Notes: generated by a model from the letters alone, not told the origin. A stretch of 64,000 bases of DNA from an uncultured Gemmatimonadales bacterium (GCA_963730185.1 CAVSQW010000013.1:1-64000); one strand, 5' to 3'; positions 10,517-20,940 are shown, numbered from the stretch's first letter. A program made the numbers and translations.

Positions 10517-12565
10517 ATGCGCTACGTGATCTCGGTGGTGGCGTTGGCGGTCGCGGCGGGATCGGCTCGGCCCAGACGACGGCGGCCGACTCGCTCCTGA
10601 CGGTGGGAAGCTATCTGGACCTGGAGCAGGTGAGCGATCCCCAGATCTCGCCGGACGGCAAGACGATCGTCTACACCAGGACGGGTTGACCAGCGGAAGG
10701 ATCGAACGGAGAGCGCCATCTGGGTGATGGACGCCGACGGCGGCCGGAACCGGATCCCTGGCCAAAGGCGGCGGCCCGGTCTGGTCACCGGACGGCACCC
10801 GGATCGCGTACCTCGCCGCGGGCGAGGGCTCCGAGGGCGCCCAGATCTTCGTCCGGTGGATGGACGCCGAAGGGCGACCGTCAGATCACCAGGGTGAGCC
10901 ACGGGCCCCGGAGCGTCACCTGGTCGATCGACGGCAAGTGGCTTTCGTTCGGGATGTTCGTGCCCAAGATGGACGACTGGGCGATGGACCTGCCGGCGCC
11001 GCCCCCGGGGGCGACCTGGACTCCCGGACCCCGGATCGTCGACCGGCTCCACTACCGGGCCGAACGGCAGGGGTACACCCAGCCGGGATTCGTCCACCTT
11101 TTCGTCGTCCAGGCCGACGGCGGGAACCCGCGCCAGCTCACCAGCGGCGACTGGAGCGTGGGCGCGGCGTTCGACGGGATGGCCTTCGGAGCGGCCCACA
11201 GCTGGTCGCCGGACGGACGGACGATCTACTTCGACGGCTACGCCGAGTCGGACGGCGATCGCGTCTACGGCGAGTCGAACGTCTACGCGGTCGACGTCGC
11301 GACCGGCATTCGGCGCCGCCTGACCGCCGACCGCGGCTTCTGGTCGGGGCCGGGGGTGTCGCCCGACGGGAAGCGGTCGCCTACACCGGGCATCCCTATC
11401 CACCCGGGTCTGGCAGGTGGCCGATCTCTGGGTCACCGCCGACGGCTCGGGAGCGACTGATCTGTCCCGCTCGCTCGACCGGGAGATCGCGGGTTCGCCG
11501 GCGCTGCGGTGCACTGGGCCCCCGATGGGACCGGCCTCTACTTCTCGGCCCAGGACCGGGGCACCGAAAACGTCTGGTTCGCTCCCGCCGGCGGCGGGCC
11601 GAATCGGGCGGTGACCGAGGGGGCGGAGATGCTGTCCCTCGGCTCGTTGGCGGGGGCCACGGCGGTGGGTGTGGTGAGCCGCTTCGACAGCCCGCCGGAG
11701 GTGGCGCGGATAACCCTCGACGGGCGGGGCAGCGACCGCCCACCCCGCTCACCGAGGTGAACGCCGAATGGTCCGGGGCAAACCCTGGCGAGCGTCGACG
11801 AAATCTGGTACCGGTCGAGCGGTGGCGCCCGGATCCAGGGGTGGATCGTCAAGCCGCCGAGGTTCGATCCCACGAAGAAGTATCCGATGCTGCTGGAGAT
11901 CCACGGCGGTCCCCGAGCATGTCCGGGGTCGGCTTCGACATGATGTGGCAGGTGTTCGCCGCCCAGGGCTACGTGGTCCTCTTCACCAATCCCCGGGGCA
12001 GCACGGGGTATGGCGACGCCTTCACCGGCGCGATCGAGCACGCCTATCCCAGCGTCGACTTCGACGACCTGATGGCCGGGTCGACACGGTCATCGGCCGA
12101 GGCTACGTGGATCCCGCCCGACTGTACGTATCTGGTGCTAGGGCGGCGGGGTGCTCTCGAGCTGGGTCATCGGCCACACCCACCGGTTCGCCGCGGCCGC
12201 GGTTCGCTGTCCGGTGATCGACTGGATCAGCATGGCCGGCGAGACCGAGCGTGCCCCTCTTCGGCTATGCGTTCTTCACCAAGCCGTTCTGGGACGATCC
12301 CCTGACCTGGTTCAAGCAGTCGAGCCTCGCGTACGTCGGCAACGTCACGACCCCGACCCTGGTAATGACCGGCGTGCTCGACATGCGCACCCCGATGCCT
12401 CAGTCCGAGGAGTTCTACGCCGCCCTCAAGATGCGCGGGGTGCCGGCCCGGCTGCTCCGGTTCGAGGGCGAGTGGCACGGGACCGAGTCGCTGCCGAGCA
12501 ACTGGATGCGGACCATGCTCTACATGATCAGCTGGTTCGGGCAACACGGCGGTCAGCCGCGGTAA
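10517..12565 (+). pseudogene. S9 peptidase, heavily frameshifted mirror copy of 8307-10369 (probably error-rich consensus)
   Basis: Same sequence with many 1-2 nt indels between 10570 and 12250, fragmented across several ORFs. Confidence 0.85.
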
Positions 12566-12678
12566 CGGCCGGCCGGCGTGCTGCAACGCCCCGGCACGGT
12601 AGGGTATCTCAACGGGACGGCGTCGCCGGTCGGGCGTCCCCGTCCGGCTGCCGAGCGATCCCATACCCGAGGCGATCC

Positions 12679-15156
12679 ATGAACCTGCTGGACCCCCTCC
12701 GTCAGGATGTGACGCTTGCCCTTCGTCAGGTCCGGCGCTCGCCCGGCTTCGCCCTGGTGGCGATTCTGACCCTCGGACTGGGAATCGGTGGCAATGCGGC
12801 CCTCTTCAGTCTGGTGGACGGGGTGATCCTGCGGCCGCTTCCCCTCCGCGACTCGGAACGCCTGGTCGGGATCATCGAGGAGAATGTGGCCAAGGGCATG
12901 CTGGACTTCGGAGTGTCGCCGGCCAATCTCCGGGATCTGACGGCGGCGCGCTCGGATCTCTTCCAGTCGACGACCGGCTACCAGGCCCGATCCGGCACCG
13001 TGAAGGTCGAGGAGGTCCCCGATCGGATCACCTACGTCGCCGTGAGCGGGTCGTTCTTCCGAGTCTTCCTGGACCGGCCCGCCTTGGGTCGAGTGCTCAC
13101 CGGCGGCGACGACGTGCCCGGCAGCGACGCGGTCGTGGTCAGCCACGCCTTCTGGGTCGCCTCGCTCGGGGCCTCGCCCGACGCGGTCGGGCGGGCGATC
13201 GAGCTCGACGGCGTGCGGCGTCGGATCGTCGGGGTGATGCCGGCCCGATTCGCCTTTCCGAACCCCGGCGTGGCCATGTGGGTCCCGCTCGGGCTCATGC
13301 CCGACGAACAAGCGCGGCGCGGCGCGCGCTTCCTGGGGGGCGTCGGGCGCCTCGCGCCGGGAGTCACCGTCGCCGAGGCGGGCGAGGCCCTGGTGGTGGA
13401 GGCCCGCAATCTCTCCCGGGCCTACCCCGAGACCAACGAGGGGTGGACCGCGAAGGTGGTCGGGCTCCGCGAGGCCACGGTCGGTCAGGTCCGAACGTCG
13501 CTGCTCCTGGTCTGGGCGGCGGCGGGGCTCATCCTGCTGATGGCCGCCGCCAACGTCGCCAGCCTGCTGCTGGGTCGGGCGCTCGGGCGGGAGCGGGAGA
13601 TGGCCCTGCGCGGCGCGCTCGGGGCGGAACCGGGCCGGCTGATCGGCCAGGTCATGACCGAGGGGCTGTTGCTCGCTACGCTGGGCGGGGCGGTCGGGCT
13701 GGGCGTGGCGGTCGTCCTGATGACCCGGTTGCGGCGGCTCGGCGCCTCCGCGATTCCCCGCTTGAGCGAGGTGGCGCTCGACGGCCGGTTGGTGCTGTTC
13801 ACGGCGGCGCTGGTGGTGACCACGGCCGTGCTCTTCAGTCTGATGCCCGCCCTGGCCGGAAGCCGGCCCGACCTCCGGCGCGCGTTCGAGGACGGCCGGG
13901 GAGGCGGGTCGCGTCGACGCGGTCGCTGGCAGGCCTCGCTGGTGGTGGCCGAGGTCGCGCTCGCCGTGGTGGTGCTCATCGGGACGGGGCTCATCGTTCG
14001 CACCATGGTGTCGCTCCTTCGCCAGCCGCTGGGGTTCGAGCCGGACCACGTGCTCACCTTTCGGGTGGAGCCGCCCTGGCGGATCAAAGCCGAGGGCTCG
14101 ATGGACTCGATCTGGGCTAGGATGACGGCCGATCGAGCCCGCATCGTTCGAAGCTATGCCACCCTGACCGACCGGCTCCTCCAGCTTCCCGGCGTGACCC
14201 AGGTCGGCGCGGTCAGCCGGCTCCCGCTCACCGGCGAGTACTGGATCACCAGTGCCGATCTCGCCGACGATCCGGCCCCCAGCCGCGATGCCCGGCCGGC
14301 GGTCTACATCCGGCTGGTGACCCCGGGGTACTTCGAAGCGATGGGCACCCGGATCATTCGCGGCCGCTCGATCCGCAAAAGCGACCGAGCGGGCGCCGAG
14401 CGGGTGGTGGTCATCGACCAGACCTTCGCGGAGCGGTACTGGGGAGATCGGAATCCGCTGGGATCCGAGCTGATCCTGGATCCGGTCCCGCACGATCCGG
14501 CCCCCCGAGCGCGCGTCGTCGGGGTCGCGGAGGCGGTGCACATGGGGGGGCTCGAGAGCTCGGCTCGGCCCGCGATGTACCTCCCGCTCGCGCAGGGCAC
14601 CGAGGGGCACTACCTCAACTGGGGGATGGACGTGGTGCTCCGGCCCGCCGCCGCGACCGATCTCGACGCCCCGATCCGGAGCGTCGTGCGGGAGATCCTG
14701 CCCGACGCGGCGGTGTTCCGGATGGCGTCCATGGACGATCTGATCGCCTCGTCGGTGGCCGACCGCCGGTTCCAGCTGGTGGTGCTGGGGACCTTTGCGC
14801 TGGTGGCCCTCGTCCTCACCGTGGTCGGAGTCTACGGGGTGCTGGCCCTGATGGTCCGGCAGCGAGTCCGCGAGTACGGGATTCAGCTCGCGCTCGGAGC
14901 GTCACCCGCCCGGATCGGTTGGCAGGTGGAGGGGCGCGGGCTGGCGCTGGTCGGGCTGGGCGCCGGCATCGGCGTCCTGATCTCGCTCGGGCTTTCGCGT
15001 CTCTTCGCCGGCCTGGTCTACGGCATTGCCGTGACCGACCTTGCGGCGTTCGTCGCGGGACCGCTGGTGCTCGGGGTCGTGGCCTTCGTCACCTGCGCGA
15101 TCCCGGCGTGGCAGGCGGCCCGGGTGGACGCGACCAAGATGCTCGCCAGCGGGTGA
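12679..15156 (+). CDS. ADOP-type duplicated ABC permease (825 aa), no adjacent ATPase
   Basis: Intact ORF MNLLDPLRQDVTLALRQVRRSPGF...; two MacB periplasmic plus FtsX halves; C-terminal IPAWQAARVD. Confidence 0.92.
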   Translation: MNLLDPLRQDVTLALRQVRRSPGFALVAILTLGLGIGGNAALFSLVDGVILRPLPLRDSERLVGIIEENVAKGMLDFGVSPANLRDLTAARSDLFQSTTGYQARSGTVKVEEVPDRITYVAVSGSFFRVFLDRPALGRVLTGGDDVPGSDAVVVSHAFWVASLGASPDAVGRAIELDGVRRRIVGVMPARFAFPNPGVAMWVPLGLMPDEQARRGARFLGGVGRLAPGVTVAEAGEALVVEARNLSRAYPETNEGWTAKVVGLREATVGQVRTSLLLVWAAAGLILLMAAANVASLLLGRALGREREMALRGALGAEPGRLIGQVMTEGLLLATLGGAVGLGVAVVLMTRLRRLGASAIPRLSEVALDGRLVLFTAALVVTTAVLFSLMPALAGSRPDLRRAFEDGRGGGSRRRGRWQASLVVAEVALAVVVLIGTGLIVRTMVSLLRQPLGFEPDHVLTFRVEPPWRIKAEGSMDSIWARMTADRARIVRSYATLTDRLLQLPGVTQVGAVSRLPLTGEYWITSADLADDPAPSRDARPAVYIRLVTPGYFEAMGTRIIRGRSIRKSDRAGAERVVVIDQTFAERYWGDRNPLGSELILDPVPHDPAPRARVVGVAEAVHMGGLESSARPAMYLPLAQGTEGHYLNWGMDVVLRPAAATDLDAPIRSVVREILPDAAVFRMASMDDLIASSVADRRFQLVVLGTFALVALVLTVVGVYGVLALMVRQRVREYGIQLALGASPARIGWQVEGRGLALVGLGAGIGVLISLGLSRLFAGLVYGIAVTDLAAFVAGPLVLGVVAFVTCAIPAWQAARVDATKMLASG

Positions 15157-15166
15157 GGTCGGGCGA

Positions 15167-16327
15167 TCAGGGCTTCGGAAACCGCTGCAGGTACTCCAGG
15201 TCGTCTTCGTCCTGCCGGACCACGTAGACCGTGCCCGTCCCGAAGCCTACCACCCGACTGCGAGGGTTCAGGGTGACCTTTCGCACCAGCCGGCCCGAGC
15301 GGTCGAAGACGTCGTAGATCGCCTGCTTGGCGCCCGCCGGCTGGGTCCGCTCGACCCAGACCTCGCCGTCGGGCGCGACCGAAACGGAACTCTGGCCCCG
15401 GAAGGGCGGCTTGCTGTCGGCGAACTCCGGGTCGGGCAGCTCGATCTTTTGCGAGGTGGCCCGTCCTCCGTTTCGACCCATCACCACGAAGTTGGCGGCC
15501 CCACCCCGCTTCCGGGCTTCGATGACCTCGTCCTTGTCAGCTTGGGTGACGGGAAGCGGGGTGTAGGGGACGACCGGACCGGCGGCCGGCCGCGCGCCCG
15601 GGCCGTACCAGACGACGTGATAGGGAGAGGGGATGACCCGCACGACGGCGCCGTCGCCCGATACCCCCCAGGCTTGCTGCGGTTCGAACATCTTGCCGAC
15701 GCCGATCCGCATCTGGATCCGCGCCCCGCCGCCGAGGCTGGTGACCTGAGGCTTGGGCGCGGCAATCCACGCCACCGTGTCCAAGGCGGGGCTAACCCGG
15801 TTCCAGCGAAGGACGGCCAGCGAGTCTGGCGGCAGCGCATTGGGATCGGTGGGATTGATCGGCGGTGCCTGGAAGTAGATTCGGCCCTGGGCGTCGGAGC
15901 CCTGCGCCCCGCCGATCATGAACATCCCGCCCCGCCCGGAGGACGAGGTCCCCGGCATGGGCACCGGATCGGCGATCGTGCCGCGCGGGTCGATCGGCAG
16001 GAACCGGCGCCCGAGCAGGTCATGGAGCCAGGTCTGGTTGTCGGGGAGCGCGAACAGCGTCGCGGGGAGCGAGTACTCGCCGGGCCCCTGGCCCTCGCGC
16101 CCGATCTTGGTGGTGGTTTCCGAGCTGAAGTCCACCATCTGCACGATCTTGTCGCGGGTATCGCTGACGATGACCTTGCCACCCGCCAGCTCCCGCAGGC
16201 TCGCGACCCGGGTGAACGGTTCGGCGAACTCGGCGTCGGGCTTGGTCAGCGCGACCGTGGTCTGGGCGGCCGCGGCCGAGGCGATCGAGGACGAGACGAT
16301 GAGAGCGAGGGTCGGGACGCGACGCAC
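15167..16327 (-). CDS. Secreted 6-bladed beta-propeller-like protein (allele B)
   Basis: As 4548-5708, differing by at least 15 substitutions. Confidence 0.8.
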   Translation of the reverse strand: MRRVPTLALIVSSSIASAAAAQTTVALTKPDAEFAEPFTRVASLRELAGGKVIVSDTRDKIVQMVDFSSETTTKIGREGQGPGEYSLPATLFALPDNQTWLHDLLGRRFLPIDPRGTIADPVPMPGTSSSGRGGMFMIGGAQGSDAQGRIYFQAPPINPTDPNALPPDSLAVLRWNRVSPALDTVAWIAAPKPQVTSLGGGARIQMRIGVGKMFEPQQAWGVSGDGAVVRVIPSPYHVVWYGPGARPAAGPVVPYTPLPVTQADKDEVIEARKRGGAANFVVMGRNGGRATSQKIELPDPEFADSKPPFRGQSSVSVAPDGEVWVERTQPAGAKQAIYDVFDRSGRLVRKVTLNPRSRVVGFGTGTVYVVRQDEDDLEYLQRFPKP

Positions 16328-16415
16328 GGGGGCTCCTGATGGCTCGAGGTGAACGCTGAGATGATGCTTCACGACCGGGAAGGGTCGCAATGGCGCGCGG
16401 GGGGCGGCTAGCTTG

Positions 16416-17354
16416 GTGGCCGTGCCACCCTTTCCGCTTCGGGGTCTTCCCGCGCGCCCCGTCACCCGATTCGCCCCGAGCCCGACCGGGCGACTCCATC
16501 TCGGCCACGTGGCCAACGCCGTCTGGACCTGGGGTGCGGCTCAGGCGGCCGGTGGCCGGGTGGTGCTCCGGATCGAGGACCACGACCGGGGCCGCTCTCG
16601 GCTCGAGTTCGAGCGCCTGATCCTCGACGACCTGGCCTGGCTCGGGCTCGAGGCCGACCCGGCCAGCGAGCGGTCGCTCCGAGGTCCCGGACCGTCTCCC
16701 TATCGGCAGAGCGACAACGGGCCTCGCTACTTCGGCGCGGTGGACCGGCTCCGGCGGGTGGCCCGGGTCTACGCTTGCGGCTGCTCCCGCAAAGACATCG
16801 CCCTGGCGGCCGTCGAGCCCGCCGCCTCGGGCGAGGAGGCCCGTTACCCGGGAACCTGCCGCGACGCCGGCCTGGCGGAGGGGCCGGGGCGAGGGCTCCG
16901 GGTGCGCCTGCCGGCCGATCCGGTCGAATTCACCGACCTCCGCCATGGACCGGTCTTGCAGACGCCGGCCGACCAGAGCGGCGATCTGCTGCTTCGGGAC
17001 CCGCTGGGCAACTGGACCTATCAGTTGGCGGTGGTGGCGGACGATCTGGCCCACGACGTGAATCTGGTGATCCGGGGCGACGATTTGCTGGAGTCGACCG
17101 GACGTCAGATCCTCCTGGGCCGGCTGCTCGGCGCCGACGCCGCCCCTCGATTTCTGCACCACCCGCTGATCTTCGGCGGCACGCCCGGCGTCAAGCTCAG
17201 CAAGCGGGATCGGGCCAGCGGGCTCGACGACCTCCGCGCCGCCGGGCGGTCGGCGGCCGAGGTGCTGGGCCTGGCCGCCTGCCGGACGGGGCTGCAGGCC
17301 GACCCGGTCCCGATCGAGGCGTCAGCGTTGGGCGGGCTCTTCGCCGTGGCCTAA
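16416..17354 (+). CDS. gluQ: tRNA glutamyl-Q(34) synthetase GluQRS
   Basis: RFAPSPTGRLHLGH, Zn-binding Cys, IRGDDL, KLSKR; catalytic domain only. Exact start uncertain. Confidence 0.9.
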   Translation: MAVPPFPLRGLPARPVTRFAPSPTGRLHLGHVANAVWTWGAAQAAGGRVVLRIEDHDRGRSRLEFERLILDDLAWLGLEADPASERSLRGPGPSPYRQSDNGPRYFGAVDRLRRVARVYACGCSRKDIALAAVEPAASGEEARYPGTCRDAGLAEGPGRGLRVRLPADPVEFTDLRHGPVLQTPADQSGDLLLRDPLGNWTYQLAVVADDLAHDVNLVIRGDDLLESTGRQILLGRLLGADAAPRFLHHPLIFGGTPGVKLSKRDRASGLDDLRAAGRSAAEVLGLAACRTGLQADPVPIEASALGGLFAVA

Positions 17355-17356
17355 CC

Positions 17357-18592
17357 TCACGCGCTCGCCTCCTCGATCCCTTCCAGGCGCTCCAGGCGGC
17401 CGATCTCGGGCCACCGGGAAGCCACCAGCCCGACGATCGCGATCACCGCCACCCCGCCGCCCACCACGGCGACGATCGGGCCGAACAGCGACGCCGCCAT
17501 CCCCGACTCGAACTCACCCAGCTCGTTCGACATCCCGATGAAGAGGCTGTTGACGGCGGAGACCCGGCCCCGGAGCTCGTCCGGCGTCTTGAGCTGGGTC
17601 AGGGCCAGGCGGATCACCACGCTCACCGCGTCGAACGCTCCGGCGACGCCCAGGGCCAGGAGGGAAAGCGCGAAGCTTCGCGAGAACCCGAAGACGACGA
17701 TCGCGACCCCGAAGCCGGCCACCGAGGTCAGGAGGGTCCGGCCGGCTCGGCGCAGCGGCGGGCCGTGGGCCAGCACGAGCGAGGTGCTCACCGCCCCGAT
17801 CGACTGCGCCGCCCGGAGCCAGCCGAGACCGGTCGGGCCGACGTGGAGGATGTCCTTGGCGTAGACGGGGAGCAGGGCCACCACTCCGCCGAGGAGGACC
17901 GCGAAGAGATCGAGCGAGATGGCGGCCAGCAGCACCGGCGAGTTGCGGACGAACCGGATCCCCTCGAGGAGGCCGGTCCAGGCGATCGGTCTCCGGCGGC
18001 GGGGCGGCGTGGCCAGCTCCAGGCGGGCCGCCAACCCGGCGAACGCCAGGGCCGAGACGGCGGTCACTAGGTAGACCGGCGCGGCGGCGCCGGCCAGGCC
18101 GATCAGGAACCCGCCCAGGGCCGGCCCCACCACGTCGGCCGTCTGCCAGCCGCCGGCGTTCCAGGCCACCGCGTTGGTGAACGCATCCATCGGGACGAGG
18201 TGGGGCAGGATGGCCTGCTTGGCGGGAAGCTGGAAGGTCCGGCCCACGCCGTAGAGGGCGAGGAAGCCGTAGTAGAAGGGGAGTGGGGCCGTCCGGAGCG
18301 AGGCCCAGAAGATGCCGAGCGCCGCCACGGCAATGACCATCTCGGCGAGGGCCAGTACCCGCCGGCGATCGTGAGAGTCGACGGTCTGCCCGGCCGGGAG
18401 GACCAGGGCGACCAGGGGCAACACCTGGACCAGCCCCACCAGCCCAAGCACGGCTGCCGAGCCGGTCCGGTCGTAGAGCTCCCAGCCGACCGCGACCGCC
18501 AGCATCCCCTGGCCCAACACCGCGAAGACATGGCCGCCGAGGTAGCGGCGGAATCCAGGACGGCGAAGAGCGAGATACGGGTCGTGCGTCAC
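17357..18592 (-). CDS. MFS transporter (411 aa)
   Basis: About 12 hydrophobic segments; GQTVDSHDRRR motif-A variant; TPDELRGRV; SNELGEFESG. Confidence 0.9.
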   Translation of the reverse strand: MTHDPYLALRRPGFRRYLGGHVFAVLGQGMLAVAVGWELYDRTGSAAVLGLVGLVQVLPLVALVLPAGQTVDSHDRRRVLALAEMVIAVAALGIFWASLRTAPLPFYYGFLALYGVGRTFQLPAKQAILPHLVPMDAFTNAVAWNAGGWQTADVVGPALGGFLIGLAGAAAPVYLVTAVSALAFAGLAARLELATPPRRRRPIAWTGLLEGIRFVRNSPVLLAAISLDLFAVLLGGVVALLPVYAKDILHVGPTGLGWLRAAQSIGAVSTSLVLAHGPPLRRAGRTLLTSVAGFGVAIVVFGFSRSFALSLLALGVAGAFDAVSVVIRLALTQLKTPDELRGRVSAVNSLFIGMSNELGEFESGMAASLFGPIVAVVGGGVAVIAIVGLVASRWPEIGRLERLEGIEEASA

Positions 18593-20877
18593 GTCTGATC
18601 GGCACCGTAGAGCGCGCGATAGACCGCGAGGTTTCGCATGACCCGCCGGACGTAGTCCCGGGTTTCGGTGAAGGGGATGCGCTCGACGAAGATCTCGGGG
18701 TCGTCCTTCACGCCCCGGAGATCGAGCCAGCGGTCTACCCGCTGGACGCCGGCGTTGAAGGCGGCCAGGGCCTCCTCGGGCTGGCGGTAGCGCTCCATGC
18801 CTTCCCGAAGATGTTCGATCCCGAAGTGGAGGTTGACCCCGGGCTGATAGAGCAGGACCGGATCCCAGTCGGCCAGGCCCATGGTCTTGGCGTAGCCCGC
18901 GCCGACCGAGGGGAGGACCTGCATCAGGCCGCGGGCGTCGGCCACCGAGCGGGCCTGGGCGTCGAAGGCGGACTCCTGGCGGATCAGCGCCGCGACCAGG
19001 TATGGATCGAGCCCGGCGCTGTCGGCCTCGGCCTCGAGCTCGGTTCGGAACGGCAGGGGGTGGAGCAGCTCGGCCACCTGGCGATCGTCGGGCGGGCTCA
19101 TGGTCTGGGCCCGGAAGGCCAGCCGCACCGCCCGTCCGTAGAGCTGGGCCCGGGCCAGGGCCTTGGCGGTCTCGCGGATGCCGTCGGCGCCGGAGCCCGC
19201 GCCGTCGACGAAGCCGTCGACCTCGAATTCGGCCTCGACCCGGAGGCCGAGGCGGGTCAAGGTGGCGGCGCGCCGAAGAGGTGCCGCCAGACCGGCGCGA
19301 GCGGTCGTCGTCGCCGCCGGGCCAAAGCTCCACGCCCGAGTGCCGAGACGCCGGGCGGCAAGGAAGGCGTAATAGGTGTCCCGTCCCCGGGTCAGGACCG
19401 AGGTCCACCGCTCCCGGGCACCGACCGAATCTCCGACCTCGGCGTGCGCCCGCCCGGCCCAATACAGGCCGGCGACGGTCTCGTCGCCCGGGGACGCGCC
19501 GCGGGCCAGGTCGTCGAACTCGAGTGCCGCGGTGGAGTAGTCCTGGTCGAGATAGGCGATCAGGGCGGCCTGGAAGGCCGCCCGCCGGCCGAACGTGGTG
19601 CGGGGGTAGCGCTTCGCCGCCTCGCGGAACATCGCGCGGGCCGAATCGTCACCGAGCCGATCGATCAGGAGATCGCCGATCAGGTAGAGCGCCGTGGCGG
19701 ACGGGTCGGCATCGCTCGGATGCCGGGCCACCACCCGGTGGAGCTCCCGGATCGCGGCCGTCACCTGCCCGCTCCGAAGGATGGCGCGAGCCCGCTGGTA
19801 GGCGGCATCGCCTCGGAGCGACGGGGTGCCGATCGAGGCGAAGAGCGGGAGGGCCTCGTCGTACCGGCCGAGCCGGGTCAGGACGCCGGCGTAGGTGTAG
19901 CGGTCCCGGTCGGTCAGGTGCCGGTGCCCCGCCCGCGAAAACCCGGTCGCGGCGCGGTCGAGCATCCCGACGGCCGCCGCCCGCCGGGCCAGCGAGAGCT
20001 CCTCCAGCGCCGAGTGACGAGGAAACTCCCGGTCGAAGATCTCGACCGCCCGGCGGGCGTCGTCGCCGCCGACCCCGGTCTGAAAGAGCGACACCAGGCT
20101 GGCCCGGGCCGATCGCCTGAGGGCGCCGTCGCCGGTCTGGAGCCGGAGGTCGATCGCGGTGACGCGGTCGCCCAGGGAATCGTAGAGCGACGCCGCCTCT
20201 GGCAAGGCGCCGGCCCGCCGGCGAGCCAGGGCCTCGGTCCAGGCGATCCGAGCCCGAGCCACGGGGAGCTGGACCTGGGCCAGCAGGGCACGACGGCCGG
20301 CGGAATCAGTGGTGACGCCAGCGGCCCGGAGCGAAAGCCAGTCGGCCAGCTCGGGCAGCGCCGCAGCAGCCCGGCGATAAAAGGTCGCGGCCGAATCGAG
20401 CCGATCGGCGCGATCAAGGGCCCGGGCCAGGGTCAGCGCCCGGGCACCGGGGTCGCGAGCGGCGGGGTTGTCGACCGAGCGCCGGGCGTTCTGGAGCGCG
20501 GCGTCGAGCTCGCCGCGCTCCAGTTGGGCGCGGGCCAGCAGGGCGCGGCCTTCGGCGTCGGCGGAGTCGAGCCAAGGCTCGCCGTCGAGGAGGCGCACGA
20601 CCGTTCCCCAGCCGCCCCATCCCGCCGCGGCTCGCGCCGCCACCAACAGTGCTTCGGGCGACCGGGCGGCCGGAATCCGGACCAGGGGAGTCAACAGCCT
20701 GGTCGCTTCCCAGGGGCGACCCGCGTCGACCGCCCGTTCGGCCGAAGCCAGCAAGGAGTCGACCCGAATGGCGACCCCGGAGTTCTGGGCCCGAGCCGAC
20801 CCGGCGGTGACGAACATTGCCACCGCGAGCAGCGGGGCGCGGGAACGAAGGCGAACGGAGGGGATCGGCAACGGCAC
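18589..20877 (-). CDS. TPR-containing soluble lytic transglycosylase (Slt70-like, 762 aa)
   Basis: Signal peptide; helical repeats; SLT motifs ALIRQESAF, ARGLMQV, AAFNAG and IPFTETRDYV. Confidence 0.92.
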   Translation of the reverse strand: MPLPIPSVRLRSRAPLLAVAMFVTAGSARAQNSGVAIRVDSLLASAERAVDAGRPWEATRLLTPLVRIPAARSPEALLVAARAAAGWGGWGTVVRLLDGEPWLDSADAEGRALLARAQLERGELDAALQNARRSVDNPAARDPGARALTLARALDRADRLDSAATFYRRAAAALPELADWLSLRAAGVTTDSAGRRALLAQVQLPVARARIAWTEALARRRAGALPEAASLYDSLGDRVTAIDLRLQTGDGALRRSARASLVSLFQTGVGGDDARRAVEIFDREFPRHSALEELSLARRAAAVGMLDRAATGFSRAGHRHLTDRDRYTYAGVLTRLGRYDEALPLFASIGTPSLRGDAAYQRARAILRSGQVTAAIRELHRVVARHPSDADPSATALYLIGDLLIDRLGDDSARAMFREAAKRYPRTTFGRRAAFQAALIAYLDQDYSTAALEFDDLARGASPGDETVAGLYWAGRAHAEVGDSVGARERWTSVLTRGRDTYYAFLAARRLGTRAWSFGPAATTTARAGLAAPLRRAATLTRLGLRVEAEFEVDGFVDGAGSGADGIRETAKALARAQLYGRAVRLAFRAQTMSPPDDRQVAELLHPLPFRTELEAEADSAGLDPYLVAALIRQESAFDAQARSVADARGLMQVLPSVGAGYAKTMGLADWDPVLLYQPGVNLHFGIEHLREGMERYRQPEEALAAFNAGVQRVDRWLDLRGVKDDPEIFVERIPFTETRDYVRRVMRNLAVYRALYGADQT

Positions 20878-20899
20878 CTGACGAGACGAGATCGGCAGC

Positions 20900-20940
20900 G
20901 TCCGGGTCGTCGCGACCCGGACTGTTCTCTCAATCTAGCA
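20900..20940 (-). promoter_or_regulatory. Possible extended -10 promoter (TGcTAGATT) followed by a 10-bp leader hairpin upstream of the transglycosylase operon
   Basis: Minus-strand TGCTAGATT at 20940-20932; stem GTCCGGGTCG-TCG-CGACCCGGAC at 20900-20922. Confidence 0.3.

Larger units (their letters stand above)
1..20884. repeat. Giant spacerless inverted repeat (arms ~1-10440 and ~10447-20884), apex GGTACC at 10441-10446
   Basis: Bases 1-20 (tcgtcaggtgccgttgccga) are the reverse complement of 20865-20884. The apex reads ...ggcggccagtcgttcct-tGGTACCc-aggaacgactggccgcc... The ORF track lists the same proteins mirrored on opposite strands. Confidence 0.99.

Noticed and set aside
12151..12678. 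Apparent 1001-aa peptidase-permease fusion, and similar long N-terminal extensions (17357-19462, 25323-28529)
   Set aside because: These result from frameshift errors or upstream in-frame starts. The real starts are marked by family N-termini at 12679, 18592 and 27704.
1..20884. Inverted repeat as transposon TIRs or a composite mobile element
   Set aside because: No spacer, transposase, integrase or target duplication, and the arms contain ordinary chromosomal genes.
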